NCBI GenBank assembly: GCA_963764165.1
Contig: CAVXRD010000004.1
Location: 640,001-704,000, forward strand
Direction of reading: 5' to 3'
From: an uncultured Verrucomicrobiae bacterium
GTDB taxonomy: Bacteria; Verrucomicrobiota; Verrucomicrobiia; Limisphaerales; Palsa-1400
DNA: 64,000 bases
Below are positions 10,072 through 19,977 of the stretch, piece by piece. The notes under the pieces were generated by a model. The model ran no database searches. It was not told the DNA's origin and worked only from the letters and a program-made list of their open reading frames with translations. The number at the start of each line of letters is the position of its first letter. Positions within the stretch are counted from its first letter, which is position 1. The translations under genes were made by a program, and so were the position numbers.

Positions 10072-10185
10072 ATGACCGTCGAAATTCTGGAAAACGAGTT
10101 AAAAACCCTCCCGGAATTGGAGCGAGCTAGAATCCATCAGCGGCGCCCTGCTGCAACTTTCACCGGCTTCCCTAAAGGTAATTGA
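10072..10185 (+). pseudogene. Possible fragment of an addiction-module antitoxin
   Basis: MTVEILENELKTLPELERARI resembles the N-terminus of addiction-module components (LPxxERAxL). Only 37 aa. Confidence 0.35.
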
Positions 10186-10458
10186 GCGGCAGTTGCGCCG
10201 CCGTGTTATCATAAGATGACAGCAATACGTTGTTTCTTTGGATGTTCGCGCGCGTTGAGCTTGGCAGCGCGAAATCCGGGAGGTTTGTGGGCTTATCCGT
10301 GGGTAATCGCAAGGAAAAATATAAAATTATTTTCCTGTGTCGCCTGTGGTCTGCTTTTTTGCCCCATGCTTAACAAAGAGTGCACATCCACCAACCCGAA
10401 GCAGATTGAATAAGTTTCCCGTTTCCATTCGTCAGGATATTGGTAAAATTTTATCTGG

Positions 10459-12915
10459 ATGCACCGCCTTTATGCCATCGGTCTGGCCGTTCTGTTTGTC
10501 GCCGCGCCTTGCGCCCGCGCTGGATTGACGCCGGATCAGATCAAAGCCCTCCCGAAACCCGCCGATCACGCCGTCGATTTCAAAACGGAGATCAAGCCCA
10601 TTTTCGAAGCGAGCTGCATTCGCTGCCACGGACGAGGGCGTGATCGGGGCGGCTTTCAAATCGATTCGCGCGAGCGGTTGATCAAAGGCGGCGAGAGCGG
10701 TCCGGGGGCCACGCCGGGAAACGGCGCGGGCAGCTATTTGGTTGAGGTCATTTCCGGTTTGAACGCTGACGAAGTCATGCCCAAAAAAGGCAAGCGCCTC
10801 ACGCCAGAGGAAGTCGCCGTTGTTCGCGCCTGGGTGGATCAGGGAATGAAGTGGGATCTGGAAATCAGTTTCGCGCCGGTCGCTCCGCAAAATCTCGACC
10901 CGCGATCCCCCGCCGAACCCGCTGGGCATGGCGAGGCGAATCCCTTGGATCGTTTTCTAGACGTCTATTTTGAGAAGCATCACATGAAGTCGCCGGATGC
11001 TGTCAGTGATCGCTCGTTCGCCCGGCGTGCTTATCTTGACACGATTGGCTTGACGCCACCGGCCACTGAATTGGACGCGTTTGTCTCCAGCGACAAGCCC
11101 GACAAACGCGCCGCGCTGGTGGCGGATTTGCTCTCCCGCGAAAATGCATTCGCGCAAAACTGGCTCAGTTTTTGGAACGATCTTCTTCGCAACGATTATA
11201 GGGGAACGGGCTACATCGACGGCGGGCGCGAACAGATCACCGATTGGCTATACAGCGCGCTTCGAACGAACATGCCCTACGACAAATTCGTGGCGCAATT
11301 GATCGATCCGAATAAAGGCTCGGAAGGTTTCACCAAAGGGATCGTGTGGCGCGGCACGGTGAACGCCAGCGAGATGCCGCAAATGCAAGCCGCCCAAAAT
11401 GTCTCGCAGGTTTTCATGGGTGTGAATTTGAAGTGCGCCTCCTGCCACGACAGTTTTATCAACGACTGGCAATTGTCGGATGCTTACGGACTGGCGAATG
11501 TGTTTAGCGAATCGCCATTGGAAATTTATCGCTGCGACCAGCCAACCGGACAAAAGGCGGCGACGAAGTTCATCTTCTCGCAACTTGGCGATTTGCCCGC
11601 CACGACCAATAAGCAAGAGCGGCTGCGCGCCTTGGCGGGCGTCGTCACCTGCCCCAAAGACGGACGGCTCTCGCGCACCATCGTCAACCGCTTGTGGGCG
11701 AAATTTCTGGGACGCGGGCTTGTCGAGCCGGTCGATGATATGCAGCAGACAGCCTGGGACTCCGACCTGCTCGATTGGCTGGCGGAGGATTTGGTGGCGC
11801 ACCATTATGATCTAAAATGGACGATGGCACGCATCCTGACCTCGCGAGCTTATCAATTGCCCGCCGTTGATTTGGGCGAGCACCAAAGCACGAATTTTGT
11901 TTTCACCGGCCCATCCGTCCGCCGGATGACCGCCGAGCAATTCCGGGACGCGCTGGATACGCTTGCCGAGGCGCGCTATCCAGTGGCCGACGCGATGGTG
12001 GATTACGGCGATGCCGCGAGGAAACAGTTCAAAATGCAGGAAGCGCCGCTGTGGATTTGGAACACGCCCAAAGCTGCGGAGGACGCGCCTGTCACTAATA
12101 TTTATCTTCGAAAGACGGTGAAACTCACCGAACAGCCGCGGGAAGCGCTGGCGGTTGTGTTTTGCGATAACAGCTTCGAGCTCTTTGTCAACGGCCATAA
12201 AGCAGGCTCTGGAAATGATTACTCAAGGGCATATTTGATTGACATGCGAAAGTCGCTGAAGAAAGGCGAAAACGTGATCGCGGTTCGCGCCGCTAATGCC
12301 GAAGCAAAAGCACCGAATCCCGCAGGCTTCCTTGCCTATATGCGCATCCGGATTCCGACGGACGGGGAAGAGGAAATGGCCGATTTCGCCAGCGACAAAA
12401 CGTGGATCGTCACGGACGTGGAAACCAAGGGCTGGGAAAAACCCGGATTTGCCGCCACAAATTGGACTGCCGCGAGCGAGTTGGGCTCGCTCTCCATTGC
12501 GCCTTGGGGCATCACAGATGACAAACTCATCAACCCATTCTTGACGCGCATGGAGGGCGGTGTTCGGTCTGCGCTGGTGGCGGCGGATCCGCTGGCGATT
12601 GCCATGGGCCGTCCAAATCGCGAGCAAGTGGTGACCACGCGCGCCTCCCTCGCCACGACGCTGCAAGCCCTGGAGCTTACCAATGGCAAGACGCTCGAAA
12701 GCGAATTGCACAAAGCATCCGCGAATTTGCTGAAGAAGAATTCGAGCGGCCCCACGCTAGTTGCGGATGTCTACGAAAATGCCATTGGCAGAAAGCCGAC
12801 CAAAGATGAATTAACGCTGGCCACAACTGTGGTCGGCCAAACTCCAACCCGCGAAGGCGTCGAGGACTTTTTGTGGGGGGTGGCGATGCTGCCGGAATTT
12901 CAATTAATTTACTGA
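10459..12915 (+). CDS. Planctomycete cytochrome c / DUF1549 / DUF1553 (PSCyt1-PSCyt2-PSD1) protein with an inserted galactose-binding-like domain
   Basis: Signal peptide. CIRCHG and CASCHD haem motifs. RRAYLDTIGLTP, RTIVNRLWAKFLGRGLVEPVDD, LLDWLA and C-terminal PEFQLIY. Confidence 0.9.
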   Translation: MHRLYAIGLAVLFVAAPCARAGLTPDQIKALPKPADHAVDFKTEIKPIFEASCIRCHGRGRDRGGFQIDSRERLIKGGESGPGATPGNGAGSYLVEVISGLNADEVMPKKGKRLTPEEVAVVRAWVDQGMKWDLEISFAPVAPQNLDPRSPAEPAGHGEANPLDRFLDVYFEKHHMKSPDAVSDRSFARRAYLDTIGLTPPATELDAFVSSDKPDKRAALVADLLSRENAFAQNWLSFWNDLLRNDYRGTGYIDGGREQITDWLYSALRTNMPYDKFVAQLIDPNKGSEGFTKGIVWRGTVNASEMPQMQAAQNVSQVFMGVNLKCASCHDSFINDWQLSDAYGLANVFSESPLEIYRCDQPTGQKAATKFIFSQLGDLPATTNKQERLRALAGVVTCPKDGRLSRTIVNRLWAKFLGRGLVEPVDDMQQTAWDSDLLDWLAEDLVAHHYDLKWTMARILTSRAYQLPAVDLGEHQSTNFVFTGPSVRRMTAEQFRDALDTLAEARYPVADAMVDYGDAARKQFKMQEAPLWIWNTPKAAEDAPVTNIYLRKTVKLTEQPREALAVVFCDNSFELFVNGHKAGSGNDYSRAYLIDMRKSLKKGENVIAVRAANAEAKAPNPAGFLAYMRIRIPTDGEEEMADFASDKTWIVTDVETKGWEKPGFAATNWTAASELGSLSIAPWGITDDKLINPFLTRMEGGVRSALVAADPLAIAMGRPNREQVVTTRASLATTLQALELTNGKTLESELHKASANLLKKNSSGPTLVADVYENAIGRKPTKDELTLATTVVGQTPTREGVEDFLWGVAMLPEFQLIY

Positions 12916-12923
12916 CGCAAAAT

Positions 12924-14351
12924 ATGAACGGCATGACACGCAATTGGAATCGGCGCGATTTCTTAAAGACCGCCAGCGCCGCAACGCTTGGAGCATTGGC
13001 GGCGGGCGCGCCGCGGCGGATTTTCGCGGACACTGAAGCCCCTATAAAATCCACCGCTGACACCGTCATCGTTCTTTGGATGGCGGGAGGAATGGCGCAC
13101 ACGGAAACATTCGATCCGAAGCGGTATGTCCCCTACTCCGCTGGAATGCCATTTTCGGACATGCTGAGCACATTTCCGAAAATCGACACGGCGGTCGATC
13201 ACATAAAATTTTCGCAAGGCTTGGACAAAATTGGCGGCGTGATGGATCGCGGAACGCTGATTCGTTCCTACACGGCGGGAGATCTCGGATTCATTCTGCA
13301 CACACGGCACCAATACCAGTGGCATACCGGCTACGCGCCGCCGCAAACTGTGGCCTGCCCGCACATCGGCGCGGTGATTGCGCGAACGCTGGGTCCGAAA
13401 AACCCAGCGGTGCCGGCGTTCATTGACATCGGCCAGCGTTTCGATGTGGGTGAAGGCGAGGAGTTGAAGGCGTTTCATTCGGCGGGATTTCTCGGGAGCG
13501 AATTTGGCCCGTTTGTTGTTTCCAATCCGGCCGACGCGGTGGAAAGCGTCCGGCCGCCGGAAGGAATGAGCCCATCGCGGTTCGAGAACCGTGACAAATT
13601 CTACCGTTCGCTGGTGGCGCAATCGCCCATCGGCCAGCTCGGCAGCGATTACCAGAAGCAATCGCTTCTGAGGTCGCTGGATAATGCGCATCGGCTGCTG
13701 AGTTCACCAGCCGCCAAGGCATTCGACCTGTCGCTGGAGAAGAAGGAGGTCTACGACAAATACAACACCGGGCGATTCGGCTTGGGCTGCCTTCTCGCGC
13801 GGCGATTAACCGAGGCCGGCGCGCGGTTCATCGAGGTGACGTCGGAATATATTCCATTCGAGTATTTCGATACACACGAAAACGGGCACACCCGGATGGC
13901 GGATTTGAAGAAAACGGTGGATGGGCCGGTCGCCCAATTGGTGAAGGATCTCGAAGAACGCGGCTTGCTTGACAGGACATTGATTGTGCTGGCCAGCGAG
14001 TTCAGCCGCGATGCGCTGCTGGAAGGCAAGCCCGACAAACCTGTTAAAGATCAAGTGGTGCTTCCGGAAAAGGTGACGGACATCAAATTTTACGGCATGC
14101 ACCGGCATTTCACCGACGCCGGTTCCGTGCTGCTTTTCGGCGGCGGAATGAAACGCGGCCACTTGCACGGTGAAACGGCGGAAGAACGCCCGTGCAAAAC
14201 AATCAAAGACCGCGTCGTGATTGAAGATCTGCACGCGACGATTTACCGCGCGCTCGGAATTTCGCCAAAGCTGTCTTACGAGATTGAAAAGAGGCCGTTC
14301 TATGTGACACGGGACGGCGTGGGCCAGCCGATTATGGATGTTTTCGCTTGA
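12924..14351 (+). CDS. DUF1501 domain protein (Tat-exported)
   Basis: NRRDFLK Tat motif, LWMAGGMAHTETFDPK, CLLARRLTEAGARFIEV, DTH and SEFSR. Canonical partner of DUF1553 proteins. Confidence 0.9.
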   Translation: MNGMTRNWNRRDFLKTASAATLGALAAGAPRRIFADTEAPIKSTADTVIVLWMAGGMAHTETFDPKRYVPYSAGMPFSDMLSTFPKIDTAVDHIKFSQGLDKIGGVMDRGTLIRSYTAGDLGFILHTRHQYQWHTGYAPPQTVACPHIGAVIARTLGPKNPAVPAFIDIGQRFDVGEGEELKAFHSAGFLGSEFGPFVVSNPADAVESVRPPEGMSPSRFENRDKFYRSLVAQSPIGQLGSDYQKQSLLRSLDNAHRLLSSPAAKAFDLSLEKKEVYDKYNTGRFGLGCLLARRLTEAGARFIEVTSEYIPFEYFDTHENGHTRMADLKKTVDGPVAQLVKDLEERGLLDRTLIVLASEFSRDALLEGKPDKPVKDQVVLPEKVTDIKFYGMHRHFTDAGSVLLFGGGMKRGHLHGETAEERPCKTIKDRVVIEDLHATIYRALGISPKLSYEIEKRPFYVTRDGVGQPIMDVFA

Positions 14352-15028
14352 GCGACAAGCACAACCGATATTCTGTGGCATGGGCCAACCCCCTGCCCGT
14401 TCTGTCCGCCGCATGGGATGATGCAGCGTGGATGGAGGCCGCCACTGCCAGCGTTGAAAGTTTTCGTCCTGAAAGCAGCTCTCACAGGCCGCAGACGTGC
14501 TTGCGATTGCTGCACGACGGACGGACACTTGCCGGAGTCTTCAATGTGCGCGACCAATTTGTCCGCGCCGTTCGCGCGAATTATTTCGATGAAGTTTGGA
14601 AGGACAGTTGCGTTGAGATATTTCTCCAGCCGAAACCGGATGGCGGCTATTTTAATTTGGAAATGAACGCGGCTGGAGCGCATCTTTGCTGCTACATTGA
14701 GGACGTCACGCGCGTTCCAAGCGGATTTGAGAAATACACCAAATTGCCGCCGGAAATTGGCAAACGCATTCTTGTCCAATCATCGTTTGGAAACGTGGTG
14801 GAACCGGAACTGGCAGACGCCGTGACGTGGCATGTTGCCTTTTTCATTCCGCTGGAAGTGTTTGAGGAATACACCGGTCCGCTCGGCTCGCTTACAGGTC
14901 AATGCTGGCGCGGGAATTTTTTCAAATGCGCGGAGGAAATTTCGCACCCACATTGGGCATCGTGGTCGCCTGTGGATGAATTTAATTTTCATCTTCCACG
15001 ATGCTTTGGCACCATCTCGTTTGCATGA
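14348..15028 (+). CDS. Carbohydrate-binding family 9-like (DOMON-like) protein
   Basis: VWKDSCVEIFLQP, YFNLEMN, WRGNFFKC and FHLPRCFG. Overlaps the upstream stop. Confidence 0.8.
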   Translation: MSDKHNRYSVAWANPLPVLSAAWDDAAWMEAATASVESFRPESSSHRPQTCLRLLHDGRTLAGVFNVRDQFVRAVRANYFDEVWKDSCVEIFLQPKPDGGYFNLEMNAAGAHLCCYIEDVTRVPSGFEKYTKLPPEIGKRILVQSSFGNVVEPELADAVTWHVAFFIPLEVFEEYTGPLGSLTGQCWRGNFFKCAEEISHPHWASWSPVDEFNFHLPRCFGTISFA

Positions 15029-16074
15029 AAACTTTAGCCTGCGTTGCGGGTCTTGCTCTCACATTTGCGATTTATGCGGCGCGCGCCGCGGAACCGACAC
15101 TCGATATTTACTGGATTGATGTCGAGGGTGGTGGCGGAACGCTTATTGTCACACCGGCCCACGAGTCCATTCTTATTGACACCGGGTGGCCGTGGGGGCC
15201 AAGCGCGGCACGCATCCGAAATGCCGCGACGAACGCCGGGTTAAGCCGCATTGATTATCTGGTTTTGACGCATTTTCACATTGATCACTTTGGCGGAGCG
15301 GCGCCGCTGGCGAATCTTATCCCGATTGGGACGGTTCTCGATAACGGCATCCCCGACCACGATCCCGATGGCGGAAACGATCAGAAGTTTTCTGAATCGA
15401 TCAAGCCGTATCGTGAATTCAAGGCCCAGCACCGCACTCAGATCAAGCCGGGTGAAACGCTGCCCCTGAAACAAGCCGGACCGAGTGCGCTGAGTTTTCA
15501 ATTCATGGGTGCGCGGAAGCAATTCGCGCATCCTAAGGGAATGGGCGACACCAATTCAGTTTGCTCCGGCGGCACGCAGCTTCCCACTGACACCAGCGAC
15601 AACGCCAACAGCGCTGTCTCGCTCGTGCAATTTGGCTCGTTCAAATTTTTCGACGGCGGAGATTTGACGTGGAACATGGAAGGCGAAATGGTCTGTCCGA
15701 CCAATTCAATCGGAATGGTCGATGTCTACCAAGTTGACCACCATGGGATGGACATTAGCAACAATCCCCTGCTCCTCCGAAGCCTTTCGCCCGTCGTGAC
15801 TGTGATGAACAACGGTGCGCGCAAAGGCGGCGCGAAAGCGACTTTGGCGACACTGCGCAGCGTGCCCTCCATTCAGACGATGTATCAAGTCCACCGCGAC
15901 CTGCGTGGCGGCGCCGCATTCAACACCGACGATCAATTTATCGCAAACCTCGATGAAAAGTGCGCGGGCAATTTCATCAAGTGCTCAGTAGACTCGTCCG
16001 GGAAAAGTTACACGATGAGCATTCCTGCGAAGGGATTATCAAAAACCTACCAAACGCGGACATCTGCCCAATGA
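15025..16074 (+). CDS. Secreted metallo-beta-lactamase-fold hydrolase (ComEC/Rec2-like)
   Basis: Signal peptide, IDVEGGG, LIDTG, THFHIDHFGG, GDLTW and HHG. Confidence 0.85.
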   Translation: MKTLACVAGLALTFAIYAARAAEPTLDIYWIDVEGGGGTLIVTPAHESILIDTGWPWGPSAARIRNAATNAGLSRIDYLVLTHFHIDHFGGAAPLANLIPIGTVLDNGIPDHDPDGGNDQKFSESIKPYREFKAQHRTQIKPGETLPLKQAGPSALSFQFMGARKQFAHPKGMGDTNSVCSGGTQLPTDTSDNANSAVSLVQFGSFKFFDGGDLTWNMEGEMVCPTNSIGMVDVYQVDHHGMDISNNPLLLRSLSPVVTVMNNGARKGGAKATLATLRSVPSIQTMYQVHRDLRGGAAFNTDDQFIANLDEKCAGNFIKCSVDSSGKSYTMSIPAKGLSKTYQTRTSAQ

Positions 16075-16475
16075 ACTCGAACAACCCAGCAAACGGATTT
16101 AAAACCCACGTCACCGCAACCCTGGCTGCAAGGGATTGGGGGCGGGCGGTAGAATTCTACAAGGCGGCTTTTGGCGCGACAGAATTGCATTCTGTTCCGG
16201 GCGGTGGAGTTGCTCAGTTAAGTGTGGGCGGCGCGGATTTCTGGGTTGCCGAGGAATCGAGAGAACATCTGAATTTCAGTCCCGAATCGCTGGGCGGCTG
16301 CTCGGTGCGCATGCTGCTGATTGTCGAAGACCCGGCGGCGGTGTGTGAGAAAGCTGTAGCGGCCGGGGCAACTCAAGTTTATCCGGTTGCGGACGCTCAC
16401 GGGTGGACAATAGGCCGAATCGTAGATCCATCCGGGCATCATTGGGAAGTTGCCAGAAAAACGACCTGCGTGTGA
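16071..16475 (+). CDS. VOC/glyoxalase (PhnB-like) protein
   Basis: AVEFYKAAFGA, AVAAGAT and GRIVDPSGHHW. ATGA overlap with the upstream gene. Confidence 0.85.
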   Translation: MNSNNPANGFKTHVTATLAARDWGRAVEFYKAAFGATELHSVPGGGVAQLSVGGADFWVAEESREHLNFSPESLGGCSVRMLLIVEDPAAVCEKAVAAGATQVYPVADAHGWTIGRIVDPSGHHWEVARKTTCV

Positions 16476-16536
16476 AATGCGCCGCTTCGACGACTCAAAG
16501 AATCCGGTTTTTCCAGCAGCTCGATTCAGCGCTGCC

Positions 16537-17487
16537 TCACGCCCGCGGGTGCGCCTTTTGATAGCTGCGCTTCAATCGCTCCGCCGTGATGTGCGTATAC
16601 ACTTGCGTGGTGGCGAGGTGCGCATGGCCGAGGAGTTCCTGCACACTTCGCAAGTCCGCCCCGGCGTCAAGTATATGGGTGGCAAAGCTGTGGCGGAGTT
16701 TGTGCGGCGTCAAATTCGGGTCGAGGCCCGCTGAGCGAAGATATTTCTTCAAACGCAACTGCACCGTTCTGGGTGAAAGCGGTTTGATGGCATTGGCATT
16801 GGCCCAAAAGACGGGTTCGTCAGAGCCTGGCGAATGCTTGCTGCGCGACCAAAATTCCTTGATGGCCCTGAGCGCAGGCTCGCCGACCGGAACCAGCCTT
16901 TCCTTCTGTCCTTTGCCCCGAATGCGGGCGATTTGCTCCGGCCAATCGATGTCCCCGGCTCGCAAGCCGCACAATTCGCTGATGCGCAGGCCGCAGGAAT
17001 AAATGACTTCCAAAATTGCGGCATCACGAAAGTAGATGGCCGGATCAAAATCCTCTCCGCTTGGGAGCGCCTTCATCTCGTTGGCTGGCGCTTCGGCCAA
17101 TGCCTCGAATTGCGCGATGGTCAGAAACATTGGATTTCGCTTTTCCACTTTCGGCAGCAAAATATTCCGCACCGGCGAGGTCTCAACCACGCCTTCGCGA
17201 ATCAGGTATCTGTAAAGCGAACGCAGCGCGGAAAAACGAAGTTGGATGGCGGCGCGGCTCAATGAACGCCGGCCAAGCGACCGGAGGAAATAACGGAAGT
17301 CGTCGCGCTGCAACGCGGCCCAATCAGGAGCGGTGTTGCGCTCCTTTATCCAGCCAGCGAATTCAAGAAGAGCCTGCCGGTAATTGCGTTCGGTGTAGAT
17401 AGACCCGCCCCGCGCACCGAGATGCTGCAGAAATTTTGCGCCCCAAGACCCGATGACTGATTCCAAACTCGCTTCGCTATCGGACAT
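16537..17487 (-). CDS. xerC: Tyrosine recombinase XerC-like
   Basis: SALRSLYRYL, YSCGLRISEL, GKGQKER, TPHKLRHSFATH, DLRSVQELLGH, TTQVYTH and HPRA terminus. XerC versus XerD not certain. Confidence 0.8.
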   Translation of the reverse strand: MSDSEASLESVIGSWGAKFLQHLGARGGSIYTERNYRQALLEFAGWIKERNTAPDWAALQRDDFRYFLRSLGRRSLSRAAIQLRFSALRSLYRYLIREGVVETSPVRNILLPKVEKRNPMFLTIAQFEALAEAPANEMKALPSGEDFDPAIYFRDAAILEVIYSCGLRISELCGLRAGDIDWPEQIARIRGKGQKERLVPVGEPALRAIKEFWSRSKHSPGSDEPVFWANANAIKPLSPRTVQLRLKKYLRSAGLDPNLTPHKLRHSFATHILDAGADLRSVQELLGHAHLATTQVYTHITAERLKRSYQKAHPRA

Positions 17488-17639
17488 GCGGGGGCAAGCA
17501 TAATGCCGAAACTCCACAGTCCAAAGCTAATTGAGAAGGCGAAGGCGCGCTATTTGGCCTGTCGCTGTTTTCAGTGGAATAGAGCGTGTGTTCCGGCTTG
17601 CGGGGGAAACGGCCCGGCCATGCCCCCAAAACAGCGGCG

Positions 17640-18167
17640 CTATTTTTTTTCGGCAAGCTCGAGTCGCTTCAAATCCTCGGCGAGGAATTGCGTCACGTCC
17701 TTGAACTTTTGCACGTTTCGCGGATCAATGCCCATCAAGGTCTGATGGGCTTCGAGGCAGTTGCGGGCGACTTCCGTCTTTGATTTGTCGGCCACAGGAG
17801 CGATCGGTTCGTAATTTACAGAAGAGGTGTCCTTGCAGCGGACAATTTTGAAGAGCTCGATCACCCCCAGATTTTCCAAAACTTCCTCGATGCGCGGGCT
17901 GGGATTGATCAGTTCCAAGGTGAAATGAGAGGAACCATTGCTGCCGCCGGACTTCAAGGCGATGCCCGCCAGCAATCCCAGAAACGTGCTGTCCATCATC
18001 AGGCAATCGCACAGTTCCAAAACGAAGCGCTGGAACCCCCGCTGGCGGAGTTCATCAAACAGCTTCTTAAGGTCAATGCTTAGATTGAAATCCCCTTTGC
18101 CACTGACCTTGATAAAGGCGACTTTATCAGATACAGCAACCATCAATTTTGCCGGCGACGCATTCAT
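17640..18167 (-). CDS. STAS-domain anti-sigma factor antagonist
   Basis: MDSTFLG phosphoacceptor motif and LENLGV. Confidence 0.85.
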   Translation of the reverse strand: MNASPAKLMVAVSDKVAFIKVSGKGDFNLSIDLKKLFDELRQRGFQRFVLELCDCLMMDSTFLGLLAGIALKSGGSNGSSHFTLELINPSPRIEEVLENLGVIELFKIVRCKDTSSVNYEPIAPVADKSKTEVARNCLEAHQTLMGIDPRNVQKFKDVTQFLAEDLKRLELAEKK

Positions 18168-18206
18168 GAGACAGCCTGCTAATTATCCCCCGTTCGCCGC
18201 GTTAAG

Positions 18207-19358
18207 TCAAGCTGCGGCCCAGAAATCCTGCGAGGCGGGCCGGCTCACAATCCTGACCAATGCCTGCTGCAAAATAAGCGCGGGATCCAAACTGCGCGAG
18301 ACGAGCTGCCGATTGCATTCCAGCAGCAAATCCATTGCGGCCACCATCTCCGCCTGCGTGTAATTGGAAGCCTGCCCCAAGGCGCGGAATAAAACATAAG
18401 GATTGGTGGCCAGCGGATTGAATTTCTTGTCATCCGGCAGCGCCTCGATGGGAACGCGGCTCAATTGGTTTTTGAAGGAAGCGAAATCGCCGCCGGGCCG
18501 CAGCCATTTTTGCGCGACCATTTCCGAAACCATAATCATGCTGCGGACTTTGCTGATAAGCCCGTAAAGCAAGCCGATTTCACTATGCTGCGGGTCGCGG
18601 CGAACTTCCCAAAGCTCCTCATCCAGACAGCGCAGGAGGCGCGGCAAATTCCGGTCGCCCAGCGCATCGCCCAGCGCAAAGGCGCGCGCCTGCTTGTTGC
18701 GCGTTACGATGGCGTCGATGTCCTCCACCTCAACTTTCGGCCGCTCGCCGCAATACAAAAACAGTTTCTCGATCTCGCTGCGAAGCCCGCGCACATTGGG
18801 CCCGACGCTGGCAATCAACTTGGACAACGCCGCGCTCGAAATTTCCTTGCCGAGTTCGCGAAAAGCGCGCGAAGCGAATGCCTCCGCCTGATCTTCCCAA
18901 TCTCGATCCTCCGCCGACCACCCGGCGATGACTTCGACAGTTCCGATTTTTTCGAGCGTTTTGTAAAAGGTTTTGCGCTTGTCGACCTTGCCTGCGGTGA
19001 CGAGCAGGCGAACCCCCTGCCACGAGAATCCCTTCAACTCCTGCGCCATGTCCGCCAGCGCCGCCGTCACGGACTGCGCTTCCGCCGCGCGTTCGTCGCC
19101 GAGGAAATTGCAGCTTTGCAGCCAGATGGCTTTGCCCGTGCCGAAAAAGGGAAGTGTCTGCAGCGCTTCGCGAAGCTTGGCGATGACTCTCAGCGCCTCG
19201 CCGCTGTTCGCGGCGGTGGCGTCAATAATCTCGTGATCCGTCCCTCCAATTTCCGCCGACCATTTCTTGAAAACCTCTCGGGCGCGTTCCTTGACGCCGA
19301 GATCGTCATCTCCGCAGACGAGAAGGACGGGAGCTTTGGGCGAAGCGGCTGGGGGCAT
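18207..19358 (-). CDS. holA: DNA polymerase III delta subunit
   Basis: LLVCGDD, TLPFFG, DKRKTFYK, SEIEKLFLY and FALGDALG. Confidence 0.85.
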   Translation of the reverse strand: MPPAASPKAPVLLVCGDDDLGVKERAREVFKKWSAEIGGTDHEIIDATAANSGEALRVIAKLREALQTLPFFGTGKAIWLQSCNFLGDERAAEAQSVTAALADMAQELKGFSWQGVRLLVTAGKVDKRKTFYKTLEKIGTVEVIAGWSAEDRDWEDQAEAFASRAFRELGKEISSAALSKLIASVGPNVRGLRSEIEKLFLYCGERPKVEVEDIDAIVTRNKQARAFALGDALGDRNLPRLLRCLDEELWEVRRDPQHSEIGLLYGLISKVRSMIMVSEMVAQKWLRPGGDFASFKNQLSRVPIEALPDDKKFNPLATNPYVLFRALGQASNYTQAEMVAAMDLLLECNRQLVSRSLDPALILQQALVRIVSRPASQDFWAAA

Positions 19359-19372
19359 GGTCGAAATGGAAG

Positions 19373-19834
19373 CTATTCAGGATCCTCGGCTTCGCCGGGA
19401 TTTTCGCTGATCCGCTCGAGATACTCCGTCACGTCCTCGACAGTCTCGAAGAGGGCGCTGGAGACAAAAATGGGCCGCTTCTGCGCCGTCGCCAGCGCAA
19501 GGCAATCGCTCGGGCGGGCGTCGATCTCGACCCATTTGCAGCCAAGCTCGTTTTCCTGCTTCAGGATCAGGCGCGCGTAAAAGGTGGCGTTCTTGAGCTC
19601 GGTGATGACGACGCGCTCGATGGTGACGTTAAGCCCCTTGAAGATATTATTGACCAACGCATGCGTCATCGGACGCTCGGTGACCGCTCCTTTGAGGAAC
19701 ATGTTAATCACCGCGCCCATGGTATGCTCGACTTGAATGACGAAGACCTTGCGGGTATTGCCCACAAAAATAGCGCACCCTGTATTCGAAGGCAGAATGC
19801 CGCGAATTTCCACGGGGAGAACGTCGTTCTTCAT
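19373..19834 (-). CDS. Bifunctional nuclease family protein (DUF151)
   Basis: ERPMTH, TFYARL and DARPSDCLALA. Confidence 0.9.
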   Translation of the reverse strand: MKNDVLPVEIRGILPSNTGCAIFVGNTRKVFVIQVEHTMGAVINMFLKGAVTERPMTHALVNNIFKGLNVTIERVVITELKNATFYARLILKQENELGCKWVEIDARPSDCLALATAQKRPIFVSSALFETVEDVTEYLERISENPGEAEDPE

Positions 19835-19977
19835 GCGAACAGATTAAGCTCTCCGAAAAAAAACTCAACCTTTCTGAGAGCGCGTTTTGAAAATTCCACT
19901 CCATTCATCCGCCGCCGCCAGCGAAGGTTTGACACGTCAACGGGCATTTGTTCAAATTCCGGCCGAAGCAAAGTCAC

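Noticed and set aside
16537..17487. Tyrosine recombinase as a phage or integron integrase
   Set aside because: Xer-type motifs and HPRA terminus in a housekeeping context. No IntI insertion, att-flanked island or phage genes.
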